From contig CBDCYI010000005.1 of assembly GCA_965224085.1 (NCBI GenBank), forward strand, positions 1,408,001-1,472,000: a stretch of 64,000 nucleotides of DNA, written 5' to 3'. Numbering within the stretch: position 1 is the first letter of the stretch; every line of letters begins with the position of its first letter. The notes below the pieces were generated by a model. That model was not told the origin of the DNA. It worked only from the letters and a program-made list of their open reading frames with translations, and made no database searches. Positions 1 through 8,537 of the stretch are shown in pieces. The translations under genes and the position numbers were made by a program. This DNA comes from Candidatus Marinacidobacterales bacterium (lineage in GTDB: Bacteria > Acidobacteriota > Vicinamibacteria > Marinacidobacterales > SMYC01).

Positions 1-549
1 TACGCGACCTGGTGGATCCGCCAAGCGATTACCCGCGCCCTTTCGCAGAAATCCAGGACCATCAAGGTTCCCATCAACAAGCTCGAGATGGTTCGCGTCG
101 CGACGCGCGCCAAGAACAAGCTTCAGGAGAAAGAGGGTCGTGAGCCCTCCATGAAGGAAATCGCGAAAGCTGTCGGCGCTCCAGAGCAGCAGGTCGAGAC
201 CGCGATGAAGTCCATCCCGCACCTCGAGTCGCTCGACGCGCTGGCCGTCGAGGACGGAAGCCCCCGCTGGGAGCTCCAGTCCGACGAGCGCTCAGAGACG
301 CCTTGGCAGGCGGTTCTGGACCGCGATATGCGCGAGAAAGTGCGCTCGGCGCTCGAGCTTCTTCCGTCGCGGCAGCAGCTCATCGTGCGGATGCGCTTCG
401 GCATCGGATTCAACTCCGAGTACAACCTGGAAGAGATTGGCAAAGTGTTGAACTTGACCCGTGAGCGCGTGCGGCAGCTCGAAGTCGAGGCTTTGCGTCG
501 TCTCCGGGCCGCGGGCAACCGCCGTGCCCTGCACGACTACATCCAGTAA
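1..549 (+). CDS. RNA polymerase sigma-70 family factor (RpoD/RpoS-like), 5'-partial
   Basis: Frame 1 is open from base 1: YATWWIRQAITRA (region 2.4), region 3, and region 4 HTH LEEIGKVLNLTRERVRQLE. Confidence 0.93.
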   Translation, partial: YATWWIRQAITRALSQKSRTIKVPINKLEMVRVATRAKNKLQEKEGREPSMKEIAKAVGAPEQQVETAMKSIPHLESLDALAVEDGSPRWELQSDERSETPWQAVLDRDMREKVRSALELLPSRQQLIVRMRFGIGFNSEYNLEEIGKVLNLTRERVRQLEVEALRRLRAAGNRRALHDYIQ

Positions 550-560
550 TTAGGTATCTC

Positions 561-593
561 GGGCGTGGATTCAAAGGAATCCACGCCCTTTTT
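561..593 (+). terminator. Rho-independent terminator
   Basis: GGGCGTGGATTC-AAAG-GAATCCACGCCC 12-bp perfect stem followed by TTTTT, between convergent genes. Confidence 0.9.
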
Positions 594-619
594 GTGTTTG
601 TGACAATAAATAGGTATAT

Positions 620-1753
620 TTACCAATTACTAACGAAATCGACGAGTACGTCTCGGCACAAACAGATTTGGCGCGTATCGCCATACTCTTCCAGCCCGTG
701 AAGGCCCGCGCCTCCCGGCCCGAAGACGACGGCCGGAATCCCCGCTTCGGCCAGCAGAGCAGAATCCGTCCAGCCGGTCATGCCGACGAAGCTGCATGAA
801 CCGCGGACCCGCTCGGTCGCCGCTTGCAGCTTCTGCGGTAGGGGCTCGCTTTCCGGGATCTCGAAAGCCGGCCGGAAAAAGCTCAGTTCCATCTCAGCCT
901 GAAATCGTGGATCGCGTGCAAGAGCCTCGAGGATCGGCTCCAATTCGCGCCGTACCGAGTGCCGCGACTCACCGGGCAAAGTGCGGCGCTCGATGTCCAG
1001 CTCGCAAACATCCGGGTAGCTCGAGAGCTCGCGGCCACCTCGAATCAACGACGCATGGATGGAGGCCTCTCCCAGAAGCGCGTGCGGAGTCTTGCGTGAC
1101 AACTGCACCCCATAGGCCTCGATCGCAGACAGAACGCGGCCCATATGGGCGATAGCGTCGACGCCCTCGCGTGGCCGGCTTCCATGGGCGGCGACCCCTG
1201 AAGTGGTCACGTGGGCCCACGCAAAGCCCTTGTGGGCGACCACGACGTCGAGCTCGCTCGGCTCGAAGACGATGGCCATATCCGCTCGGATACCCCACTC
1301 TACGAGCGCCTCCGTCCCTGCCGAGTAAGCCTCCTCGTCAGCAACGCAGGCGACAATCACGTCGCCCTTGGGAGGTACTTTCGCAAGGGTGACCGCAGCG
1401 GCCAGCATCGCCGCCATGCCTCCTTTGACGTCCTGCGCGCCCCGGCCGTGCAACCGGCCCTCCTCGTCTATCTCTCCTGAAAACGGAGCCTCCATGCCCC
1501 CGACGCTCACGGTGTCGAGGTGGCAGCACAGAAGAAGACTCGGTCCGCCTCCCGTCCCAGGGATGCGACCGACGACGTTGGGGCGGCCCGGCAACGCGTC
1601 GCGCAGCTCCACGTCGACGCCGCGATTCTCGAGGACGCCTGCCACGAAATGAGCGAGCGCTGCTTCTCCTGCCGCCCCCGATACCAGACTCGGGTTCACC
1701 GAGTCGATCCGGACAAGACGCTGGGCGAGCTCCAAGGTCTCTGAATCGTTCAA
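620..1753 (-). CDS. M20 family metallopeptidase, ArgE/DapE-like deacylase
   Basis: CHLDTV, GRGAQDVKGG, DEE, HGSRP..GVDAI, GPG...H..EE motifs. TTG start at 1753 chosen because TATCAT (-10) lies 6 nt upstream; the longer ORF overlaps yjbQ. Confidence 0.88.
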   Translation of the reverse strand: MNDSETLELAQRLVRIDSVNPSLVSGAAGEAALAHFVAGVLENRGVDVELRDALPGRPNVVGRIPGTGGGPSLLLCCHLDTVSVGGMEAPFSGEIDEEGRLHGRGAQDVKGGMAAMLAAAVTLAKVPPKGDVIVACVADEEAYSAGTEALVEWGIRADMAIVFEPSELDVVVAHKGFAWAHVTTSGVAAHGSRPREGVDAIAHMGRVLSAIEAYGVQLSRKTPHALLGEASIHASLIRGGRELSSYPDVCELDIERRTLPGESRHSVRRELEPILEALARDPRFQAEMELSFFRPAFEIPESEPLPQKLQAATERVRGSCSFVGMTGWTDSALLAEAGIPAVVFGPGGAGLHGLEEYGDTRQICLCRDVLVDFVSNW

Positions 1754-1772
1754 GGCTGTATGATAAAGCGCT

Positions 1773-2216
1773 ATGGTGTCCATGACTACCGTCCGAAGCT
1801 CCGTCCCATCTCGCGGCCACGGGGATATCCTTGATATCACGCGTAGTGTAGCGGAGGCGGTTGCAGCATCGGGTCTCATCGAGGGTGTCGCGACGGTATT
1901 CGTCACCGGGTCGACGGCCGGATTGACGACGATCGAGTACGAGCCCGGTCTCGTGCATGATCTCACGGCAGCTTTCGAGCGCCTCTATCCGCAAGCTATG
2001 GAATATCGCCACCACGAGACGTGGCACGACGACAACGGCCATAGCCACGTGCGCGCGTCCATGCTTGGGCCGTCTCTCGCGGTTCCTTTTGTCGAGGCGA
2101 CGCTGACGCTCGGCACATGGCAGCAAATAATTCTCGTCGATTTCGACACCCGACCCCGCTCGCGCGAATATGTGGTTCAGATGATGGGAGAGCCCAATGC
2201 AGCCAATCGTGGATAA
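1773..2216 (+). CDS. yjbQ: YjbQ/UPF0047 family protein (secondary thiamine-phosphate synthase-like)
   Basis: GSTAGLTTIEYEPGL, NGHSHVRAS, LGTWQQI..DFD motifs; start may be 1782. Confidence 0.9.
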   Translation: MVSMTTVRSSVPSRGHGDILDITRSVAEAVAASGLIEGVATVFVTGSTAGLTTIEYEPGLVHDLTAAFERLYPQAMEYRHHETWHDDNGHSHVRASMLGPSLAVPFVEATLTLGTWQQIILVDFDTRPRSREYVVQMMGEPNAANRG

Positions 2217-2835
2217 AGCCGTCGAGAGCTACGCCCGCGAGCACACGCAGGAAGCCCCCGAGCTACTAGAACGGATCGAACGAGAAACGCTCGCGATGCG
2301 CGGCGCCCAAATGCTGACGGGTCGCACGGAAGGGCAGTTTCTGCGGATGCTCGCCACGCTCGTCCGCGCGGAGCGCATCCTCGAGATCGGCATGTTCACC
2401 GGCTACAGCGCTCTCATGATGGCGTCCGCGCTGCCCGACCATGGCGAGCTTCACACTTGCGACGTCGACCCCGAAGCGGAAGCCATCGCTCGCCGCCATT
2501 TCGCGGAGAGCCCCGACGGGCACAAGATCCAAATCCATATGGGGCCGGCTCTCGAGACGCTCGAAGCGTTACCCGGGCCCTTCGACCTCGCATTCATCGA
2601 TGCGGACAAAGAGAACTACCCCAACTATTACGAGCCGGTGCTCGCCCGTTTGCGCCCGGGCGGCCTCATGGTCGTGGACAATACGCTCTGGAGCGGTGAG
2701 GTCGTCGACCCTCAGGACGAGGAGGGACGCGCGATCCATGAGCTCAACGAACGGATCCAGCACGACCCGCGGGTCGACAACGTGCTCGCGACGATCCGTG
2801 ACGGGATCCACATCGCCCGCAAGCTCGAGCCCTGA
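2197..2835 (+). CDS. SAM-dependent O-methyltransferase (caffeoyl-CoA OMT family)
   Basis: LEIGMFTGYS, FDLAFIDADKENY, VDNTLWSG motifs. Confidence 0.92.
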   Translation: MQPIVDKAVESYAREHTQEAPELLERIERETLAMRGAQMLTGRTEGQFLRMLATLVRAERILEIGMFTGYSALMMASALPDHGELHTCDVDPEAEAIARRHFAESPDGHKIQIHMGPALETLEALPGPFDLAFIDADKENYPNYYEPVLARLRPGGLMVVDNTLWSGEVVDPQDEEGRAIHELNERIQHDPRVDNVLATIRDGIHIARKLEP

Positions 2836-2854
2836 TCCGGCCGGGGATGCCGCC

Positions 2855-3022
2855 CTGCCAGAAGGCGATACGCTTCACCGACTCGCGCGGGCCATGGGCT
2901 CGCACCTCGAGGGCGCCCGCCTCACCCGCGTCGAGATGGACCATGTCGAGCTGACCACGCTCCGGGGCGGCGTTGTGGGCTCGGTCCGCGCTGTCGGCAA
3001 ACACTTGCTAGCTGTGCGCTGA
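2855..3022 (+). pseudogene. N-terminal fragment of Fpg/Nei DNA glycosylase
   Basis: (CTG)PEGDTLHRLA...VRAVGKHLL matches the Nei N-terminus; stops after 55 codons; GGGGA SD-like sequence upstream of the CTG. Confidence 0.75.
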
Positions 3023-3395
3023 ATGTGAAGCTTTTAGTGCTGCCAGCCTCCAGCCTGTTGTTACCGAACGCATTGACAAAATGATCCGCGCCATACTCCC
3101 ATATTGGCTCGAAGTTTCGATTCTCGCCTCGGATGAAGTTCAAATTGGCTCCCACGCCCCCCGTGTTCGTCAACGAAAGACTGAACACGGCAGAGTCGCA
3201 GAATTTAGTAGTGCATTCGTATTCACCGGCCAAGCTGATATCGGCTGGGCGTCTGGGTGCTGGCGCTGGCCTTGGCGTTGGTTGACGAGTTGTGGTTGGT
3301 GCCGGCGCTGGGGACGTTGGTGTACTATCGCCCTCATCGCCACAGCCAGCCAATACACCTATAAGTAGAAACAATGCTGATCTCCGCATGAGCAT
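3016..3395 (-). CDS. Hypothetical lipoprotein with Pro/Thr linker, probably 3'-truncated
   Basis: Lipobox VLAGC and PTSPAPAPTTT linker; the ORF (2922..3395) runs on into the antisense of the Nei fragment. Confidence 0.55.
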
Positions 3396-3419
3396 TCTCG
3401 AAGCGTCCTTTCGTGGATT

Positions 3420-3450
3420 ACTGGCCCGGTGAATTGGTCACCGGGCCAGT
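3420..3450. other. Perfect 13-bp inverted repeat
   Basis: ACTGGCCCGGTGA-ATTGG-TCACCGGGCCAGT with no U-tract. Confidence 0.6.
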
Positions 3451-3589
3451 CGTCACACGAAACGCATGCGGTAGCAAGCAGGATCTCGCCTATTTCCCTA
3501 TGGGGAGGGTATTGTATTCAGCGAGTGACCCGATAGTTGAGCCGCACGCGTTCGTGTGACGGTGGGAAGGGTATTCTAATGGGCAGGCC

Positions 3590-3856
3590 TTGTCAAGGTT
3601 TACTTATAATTCCCTTGTCTTTGTAACTCCGGCCTCTGCGACATTCATGAGTGCACCGGCCGGTTGCGTAAACGCGGGAGCCACGACGACCTGCACCCTC
3701 GGCAACCTAAGCGCCGGAGGCTCGGCGATGTTCACCGTGACGTATCAGGCAGGGTCAACATCCGGGGCAACCCTAGGGGCCGTCGCGGTGTCGGGCAACG
3801 AGACCGATCCGAACCTAGGCAACAACATCATGAACGTGACGACGACGATCAATTGA
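3590..3856 (+). pseudogene. C-terminal fragment of a DUF11-like (conserved repeat) Ig domain protein
   Basis: TCTLGNLSAGGSA.FTVT...V.GNETDPNLGNN pattern; N-terminal half of the domain is absent. Confidence 0.6.
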
Positions 3857-4563
3857 GGCGTGAGCGTTGAGAGCCCGAATAGGCGCCTAGCACTTGATGA
3901 CCCTTCTGCTTGACAGCGTGAGAGCGCCTTCTCGCTCTCGTAGCCACCATCACACCGCCCGCCGCCAAGAGAAAAAAAGTGTTGGGCTCGGGAACGGTAA
4001 CCCCGAGGGCTGAAAATTGAGAGCCTCGACTGCATCGAGGTCATAAGCCTCGGGAAAAGGAAAGCAGAAACGCCGCCGGCGGTGATGCGGAAATAACTGG
4101 CTGTGCTCGAACCCGAGGCCGCAACGTACGAGTTTCCAAGGTCCATGTCTGTCGCGCATGGAGACAAGGGACTGCAGATTGGCGCAAAAACGCCGACAAA
4201 GGTGCCTACGGAGAAGAAGGAAACGTTGTCAGGACTAGCATCGAGGACAAACCCTTCGGAGAAAAGGTGGGAGTCGTACAGCCGAATATCGGCCCCTGGA
4301 AGGTCCACTACGCTACCCATGCTGAACGAAACAGTGATCTGGCCTGGTGGGCCACTCGCACCGCCTAGGGCAAGCACCGTCCCATCGAGTGCAGTAACAG
4401 CCAGAGAATCAAAGATTCCGACTCTCTCTACACCGCTTCCCTCGAGAACGCCAAACCCGCTGCCGCCGAAAAAAGAGTCCACGATGTCAGCGAAAGGAGT
4501 GGCGTGTGCATTGCCAGCAGTCACGAACAGCAAGCTCACGATGGCAATCTTTGGCAATCGCAT
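3849..4563 (-). CDS. PEP-CTERM sorting-domain protein, two frameshifts
   Basis: Signal peptide MRLPKIAIVSLLFVTAGNAHA. Frame changes give EAYDLDAVEALN and then VTVPEPNTFFLLAAGGVMVATRARRR (VPEP at 3984-3995). Confidence 0.75.
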
Positions 4564-4619
4564 AGAGCCCTTTCTCTGAAAGTGGCACAAATTTCCCGCT
4601 AAAGATATGCAGACTGTAG

Positions 4620-4635
4620 GCAGACAGTATGCCAA
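4620..4635 (-). promoter_or_regulatory. Sigma-54 (-24/-12) promoter of the PEP-CTERM gene
   Basis: Minus strand TTGGCATACTGTCTGC = GG-N10-GC; IHF-like AATCAACTGGTTC about 20-30 nt upstream. Confidence 0.65.
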
Positions 4636-4757
4636 GCCCAATAACCGCAAGTAAATCAACTGGTTCCGAACTCTCATAAGCGAATGAAAATCTTGGACGA
4701 AACGAGAGGCGAATCGTCAGCAATCCATGGCTATAAACGCAGTAAGAGTAATCATTA

Positions 4758-6122
4758 TTATCGTAATAGGTGCCTTGCCATTACCAACAGGTTGCAGGTG
4801 ATGATGGAACTCCATACGTAGGATTTGAAAGAAGGCAATGAGCGCCATGTGCATCGGTCGAGACCAAAGACTCGTTTCAAGAACGAAATGACGCCTTCGA
4901 TTCCGCAGCGAAATCGCCGTAGGCGTTGATAGACCCAGGAACTCTTGACCATATCGGTCACCGCGAAGTGAGCCTTGGTAAAGGCAACATCTTCAACTCC
5001 CTTGCCTTTGATGGCTTCCAAGTTTGCCTTTGAAGAAAACGCGCCATCGTAGGCAACCTGGCGCGGGGCCCGTTCGTAGAGTTCGACTTGACGGTCGATC
5101 ATGGTTTCCGCGAGAGTTGAATCGGACGGATTCCCATCCAAGATCACGCAATCCAAAATCATCGAGGACGAGCCACCAGTCAAACACACCTTGTGACCGT
5201 AGAGAGTCTCGCGCCGGTCTTTGCGAATAATGTCGGTGTGTTCTTCGAAGATCGAAACGACCTTTTCCTCCGCAGGCACACGCTCTTCATCAATCACTCT
5301 ACGCCGAGTTTGGTTGATGACTTTTTCGGTGAGGACGAGAAAGTGCTTAAAATCCGCGGCGATCTTCTCCGCACTCGCTCGCTTCACCGGCTCGGTCAAG
5401 CCGGACTCGTCCAACTGGTCTGCAACGCGTTGAGCGGAGCGATAGGTTTCTTCCGACACCTTCAGTAGATCTCGATAGACGCGACGCCTTTGTTCCTTAT
5501 CCTTCGCGTTTAGAACTCCCAGTCGACGTCTCTTCGCTCGACGCGTTCGATTGCCGAAGACCACTACTGTACCCAGCAGTTCGCGAGTTCGGCACATGAG
5601 GCGAGTGAGAACTCGGACGCAGTCATAAAGAAGCTCGGAGTCCGTAGGAGAATGAATATTCGACTCCACTACCGTGCAGTCCACTCGTACTTTTCTTCCT
5701 TTTTCGATCGCGGTCTTCTCGGCAACACTCACCAACTCTCGGTTGATTTTCTCCAGCGTTTCGAACTTCACGGCTTTGATGTTTGCTGCTAGGGTCGACT
5801 TCGACGGGCTCGGCTCTATGATGCCGAGCTGGCAAAACGTCCGATAGCTTCGAGAGTCTGCCAAGTGAAACGCCAGCTCCCGATAGGTGAACTGATTCAG
5901 CTGCTTGACCAACAACGCCCGGAGAACCTGCTCCGCGCTCATTCCCCCACGACCAACATCGCTCCCTGCCGATGGGGTGACCGACCTCAGGTCTTGCAGT
6001 ACCAGCTCATTGAGCTTAGGATGGGCATCGAGCAGCGATGATATCGTTTCGAGCTCGCGTGCGTGCTCCAGCTCCAGCCAGGGCTCGCGAAGGCTTGGTT
6101 GTGGGTTGATCGTTTTTCGCAT
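4758..6122 (-). CDS. ISNCY-family (IS5-like) DDE transposase
   Basis: GRGGMSAEQVLR, VRVDCTVVESNIH.PTDS.LL, EKVVSIFEEHTDII.K, D.AF, R.GIEG.IS.LKR motifs. Confidence 0.88.
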   Translation of the reverse strand: MRKTINPQPSLREPWLELEHARELETISSLLDAHPKLNELVLQDLRSVTPSAGSDVGRGGMSAEQVLRALLVKQLNQFTYRELAFHLADSRSYRTFCQLGIIEPSPSKSTLAANIKAVKFETLEKINRELVSVAEKTAIEKGRKVRVDCTVVESNIHSPTDSELLYDCVRVLTRLMCRTRELLGTVVVFGNRTRRAKRRRLGVLNAKDKEQRRRVYRDLLKVSEETYRSAQRVADQLDESGLTEPVKRASAEKIAADFKHFLVLTEKVINQTRRRVIDEERVPAEEKVVSIFEEHTDIIRKDRRETLYGHKVCLTGGSSSMILDCVILDGNPSDSTLAETMIDRQVELYERAPRQVAYDGAFSSKANLEAIKGKGVEDVAFTKAHFAVTDMVKSSWVYQRLRRFRCGIEGVISFLKRVFGLDRCTWRSLPSFKSYVWSSIITCNLLVMARHLLR

Positions 6123-6270
6123 TTAGGGCTGGTCTCCTTTGGAGTTAAGTCGTTTAGAATCTGCGTTTTTGTCGACTCGATACTAAACGACACTCCCTCA
6201 GAAGGCTAGCCCTAAATTTGCGATTACCCCTTTTTTCTCAACCTCTTACACCTGTCAGGACGGGTACTAA
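4758..6270 (-). mobile_element. ISNCY-like insertion sequence; downstream end not located
   Basis: Transposase plus a probable upstream end TTAGTACCCGTCC (minus strand) abutting the IS200; no matching inverted repeat found downstream. Confidence 0.6.
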
Positions 6271-6274
6271 CTAA

Positions 6275-6861
6275 CTGAGCGGGTGCGCTCCATCGCCTAA
6301 AGGCGATGGGTTCGCGGGCGACTAAAGTCGCCTAAAGGCGCACGGCGGAGGATTACTCGCTTACCCTGAACGACTCGTCGTCTTCCGGCAGCTCTCCTTG
6401 CAGCTCGATGTACTTGGCCACAACCTCATCGGTCACGTTTCCGCTCGTCGCTACAAAATAGCCGCGCGCCCACAGGTGCCGACCCCAAAACTTCTTGCGG
6501 ATCGCTCGAAAATCACGCATCAGCTTGTGCGATGTCTTCCCCTTGATCGCCTGCATTACTCGGCTCGGCGACAGCCGTGGCGGCACGCTCAGCAACAGAT
6601 GAACGTGCTCTGGCCGTACATGGCCCTTCAGTATTTCTATGTGGTGCGTCGCACAGATCTCTCTTATCAACTCCCGCAGGCGAAGTGCTACATCTCCTCT
6701 CAATACCGGCTTGCGGTACTTCGGGATGAATACGAAATGGTAGTTTAATTGATACGTCGTGTGCGATGATTTCCGATATCCTTTCATCCGGGGATCGTAC
6801 CGCAAGCCTCCTAAAGGCTTCGCCTGAAGGCGAGGGGTTTCAACCATCCCCGAGTGAGACA
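6275..6861 (-). mobile_element. IS200-type element (tnpA only)
   Basis: Subterminal hairpins at both ends (6290-6339; 6804-6834). On the minus strand it begins after TTAG and ends with TCAG. Confidence 0.8.
6353..6787 (-). CDS. tnpA: IS200/IS605 Y1 HUH transposase
   Basis: YHFVFIPKYRK, HUH motif EHVHLL, LWARGYF..T.G, catalytic YIELQ. Confidence 0.95.
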   Translation of the reverse strand: MKGYRKSSHTTYQLNYHFVFIPKYRKPVLRGDVALRLRELIREICATHHIEILKGHVRPEHVHLLLSVPPRLSPSRVMQAIKGKTSHKLMRDFRAIRKKFWGRHLWARGYFVATSGNVTDEVVAKYIELQGELPEDDESFRVSE

Positions 6862-6863
6862 CT

Positions 6864-7131
6864 AAAACGCTCGAGACCGTTTCGGGCTTGATGAACCTCG
6901 TCATGCTGCCCATGTGGCTTCTCGGCGGCATCTTTTTTTCTTACGAGCGCTTTCCCGAAGTCGCGCAGCCTTTTATCCGGGCTTTGCCGCTCACGCCTTT
7001 GAACGACGCACTGCGAGCACTCATGCTCGAGGGTCTCCCTTTGGCGTCACAGGGGGCCCGAGCTCGCGATCCTGTCAGCCTACGCGATCGTGACTTTCGG
7101 CCTAGCGCTTTGCTGGTTTCGCTGGACCTAA
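6864..7131 (+). pseudogene. C-terminal fragment of ABC-2 type permease
   Basis: KTLETVSGLMNLVMLPMWLLGGIFFS..RFP...LPLT.LNDALR; frameshift in the G5 run at 7052-7056 restores ...ALCWFRWT*; 5' part is replaced by the IS200. Confidence 0.8.
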
Positions 7132-7142
7132 GGGCCTGAGAG

Positions 7143-8537
7143 TCAGCCCGTACCCGATACGGATTCCTTCTCGTGCGTGTCCCTCTGCTTTCGGGGGTCG
7201 ATGAGGCCGTAATCCTTGATCTTCTTGTCGAGCGTGGGGCGGGTGATGCCGAGGACTTCACTCGTGCGGGATTTGTTCCAGTGCGTTTGCTTGAGAACGT
7301 GGTCGATGTAACGCCGCTCCATCTCTTTGAGCGTCGTGAGCTCTTCGGTCACGAGGCCGGTGCCCGCCGCTTCGGAGCGCAAGAGCGGCAAGTGCTCCGG
7401 AAGCAAGACGTCGCCATGAGCGAGCGTCACGGCGCGGGTGAGCGCGTTCTCGAGCTCGCGAACATTGCCTTTCCAGGCGGAGTTCACGAGCATCGTCAGG
7501 ACGCTGTCGGGCACTTTACGCACGTTGGTGTGCAGCTGGCGGTTGATCTTCTCGAGGAGGTAGGCGACTAGATCGGGGATGTCTTCACGGCGTTCGCGGA
7601 GCGCGGGAAGCTTGATCTCGACGACTTTGAGTCGGTAGTACAGGTCTTCGCGGAAGAGACCTTTGCGCACGAACTCTTCGAGATCGCGGTTCGTGGCGCC
7701 CACGATGCGAGCCTCGGTGTGTTGGAGTCGCTCGCCGCCCACGCGTGAGAACTCGCGATTCTCCACTACGCGCAAGAGCTTCGCCTGGAGACTAGGGGAG
7801 ATGTCGCCGATCTCGTCGAGAAAGAGCGTTCCTTTTCGCGCGATCTCGATCTTCCCTCGGCTGTCGCGCACCGCGCCGGTAAAAGCCCCTCGAACATGGC
7901 CGAAGAGCTCGCTTTCGAGAACGCCTTCGGCGAGCGCTGTGCAATTGACGGGGACGAAGGGCTCTTCTCTGTTGACGGAGTTGTAGTGGATCGCTCGAGC
8001 CACGAGCTCCTTGCCCGTGCCGGATTCGCCACCGATCAAGACGGTCGTCGTGCTTCGCGACAGCATGCCGATCGTCTTGAAGACTTCGCGCATCCCCGGG
8101 GTGCGCCCGACGATATTGTCGATGCTGAAGCCTTGGGACGCCTCGGTAACGAGGTAGTCGAGCTTGGTGTCCATTTCCATCATCCGATGGGCTTTTCGGA
8201 TGCTCAGGAGAAGCTCGTCATAGTCGATGGGCTTGCAGATGTAGTCGAAGGCACCGAGCTTCATCGCTTGGACGGTAGTCTTCATATCGTCGAAGGCTGT
8301 GATCATAATGACGTACGCTTTGTCATCGATCTCGCGGATGCGCTTCAAGACGTCGATGCCGTCCATGACGGGAAGATGGATGTCGAGAATGACGAGGTCC
8401 GGCTCGTTTTGCTGGAATTTCTCGACGCCTTCCCCGCCGTCGGCGGCGAGCGATACGTCGAAGCCTTCACTAGCGAGATGCGTTTTGAACGTTTGTCGTA
8501 TCAGACGGTTGTCGTCGATGACAAGAATCGATTTCAT
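7143..8537 (-). CDS. Sigma-54-dependent response regulator (NtrC/AtoC family)
   Basis: REC domain, GESGTGKE, GAFTGA, FLDEIG, C-terminal Fis HTH. Confidence 0.96.
   Translation of the reverse strand: MKSILVIDDNRLIRQTFKTHLASEGFDVSLAADGGEGVEKFQQNEPDLVILDIHLPVMDGIDVLKRIREIDDKAYVIMITAFDDMKTTVQAMKLGAFDYICKPIDYDELLLSIRKAHRMMEMDTKLDYLVTEASQGFSIDNIVGRTPGMREVFKTIGMLSRSTTTVLIGGESGTGKELVARAIHYNSVNREEPFVPVNCTALAEGVLESELFGHVRGAFTGAVRDSRGKIEIARKGTLFLDEIGDISPSLQAKLLRVVENREFSRVGGERLQHTEARIVGATNRDLEEFVRKGLFREDLYYRLKVVEIKLPALRERREDIPDLVAYLLEKINRQLHTNVRKVPDSVLTMLVNSAWKGNVRELENALTRAVTLAHGDVLLPEHLPLLRSEAAGTGLVTEELTTLKEMERRYIDHVLKQTHWNKSRTSEVLGITRPTLDKKIKDYGLIDPRKQRDTHEKESVSGTG

Noticed and set aside
3590-3610. 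TTGTCA...TATAAT sigma-70 promoter
   Set aside because: The spacer is only 9 nt.
6275-6861. TnpB/omega-RNA system with the IS200
   Set aside because: The element is only about 590 bp with tnpA alone; no RuvC ORF.
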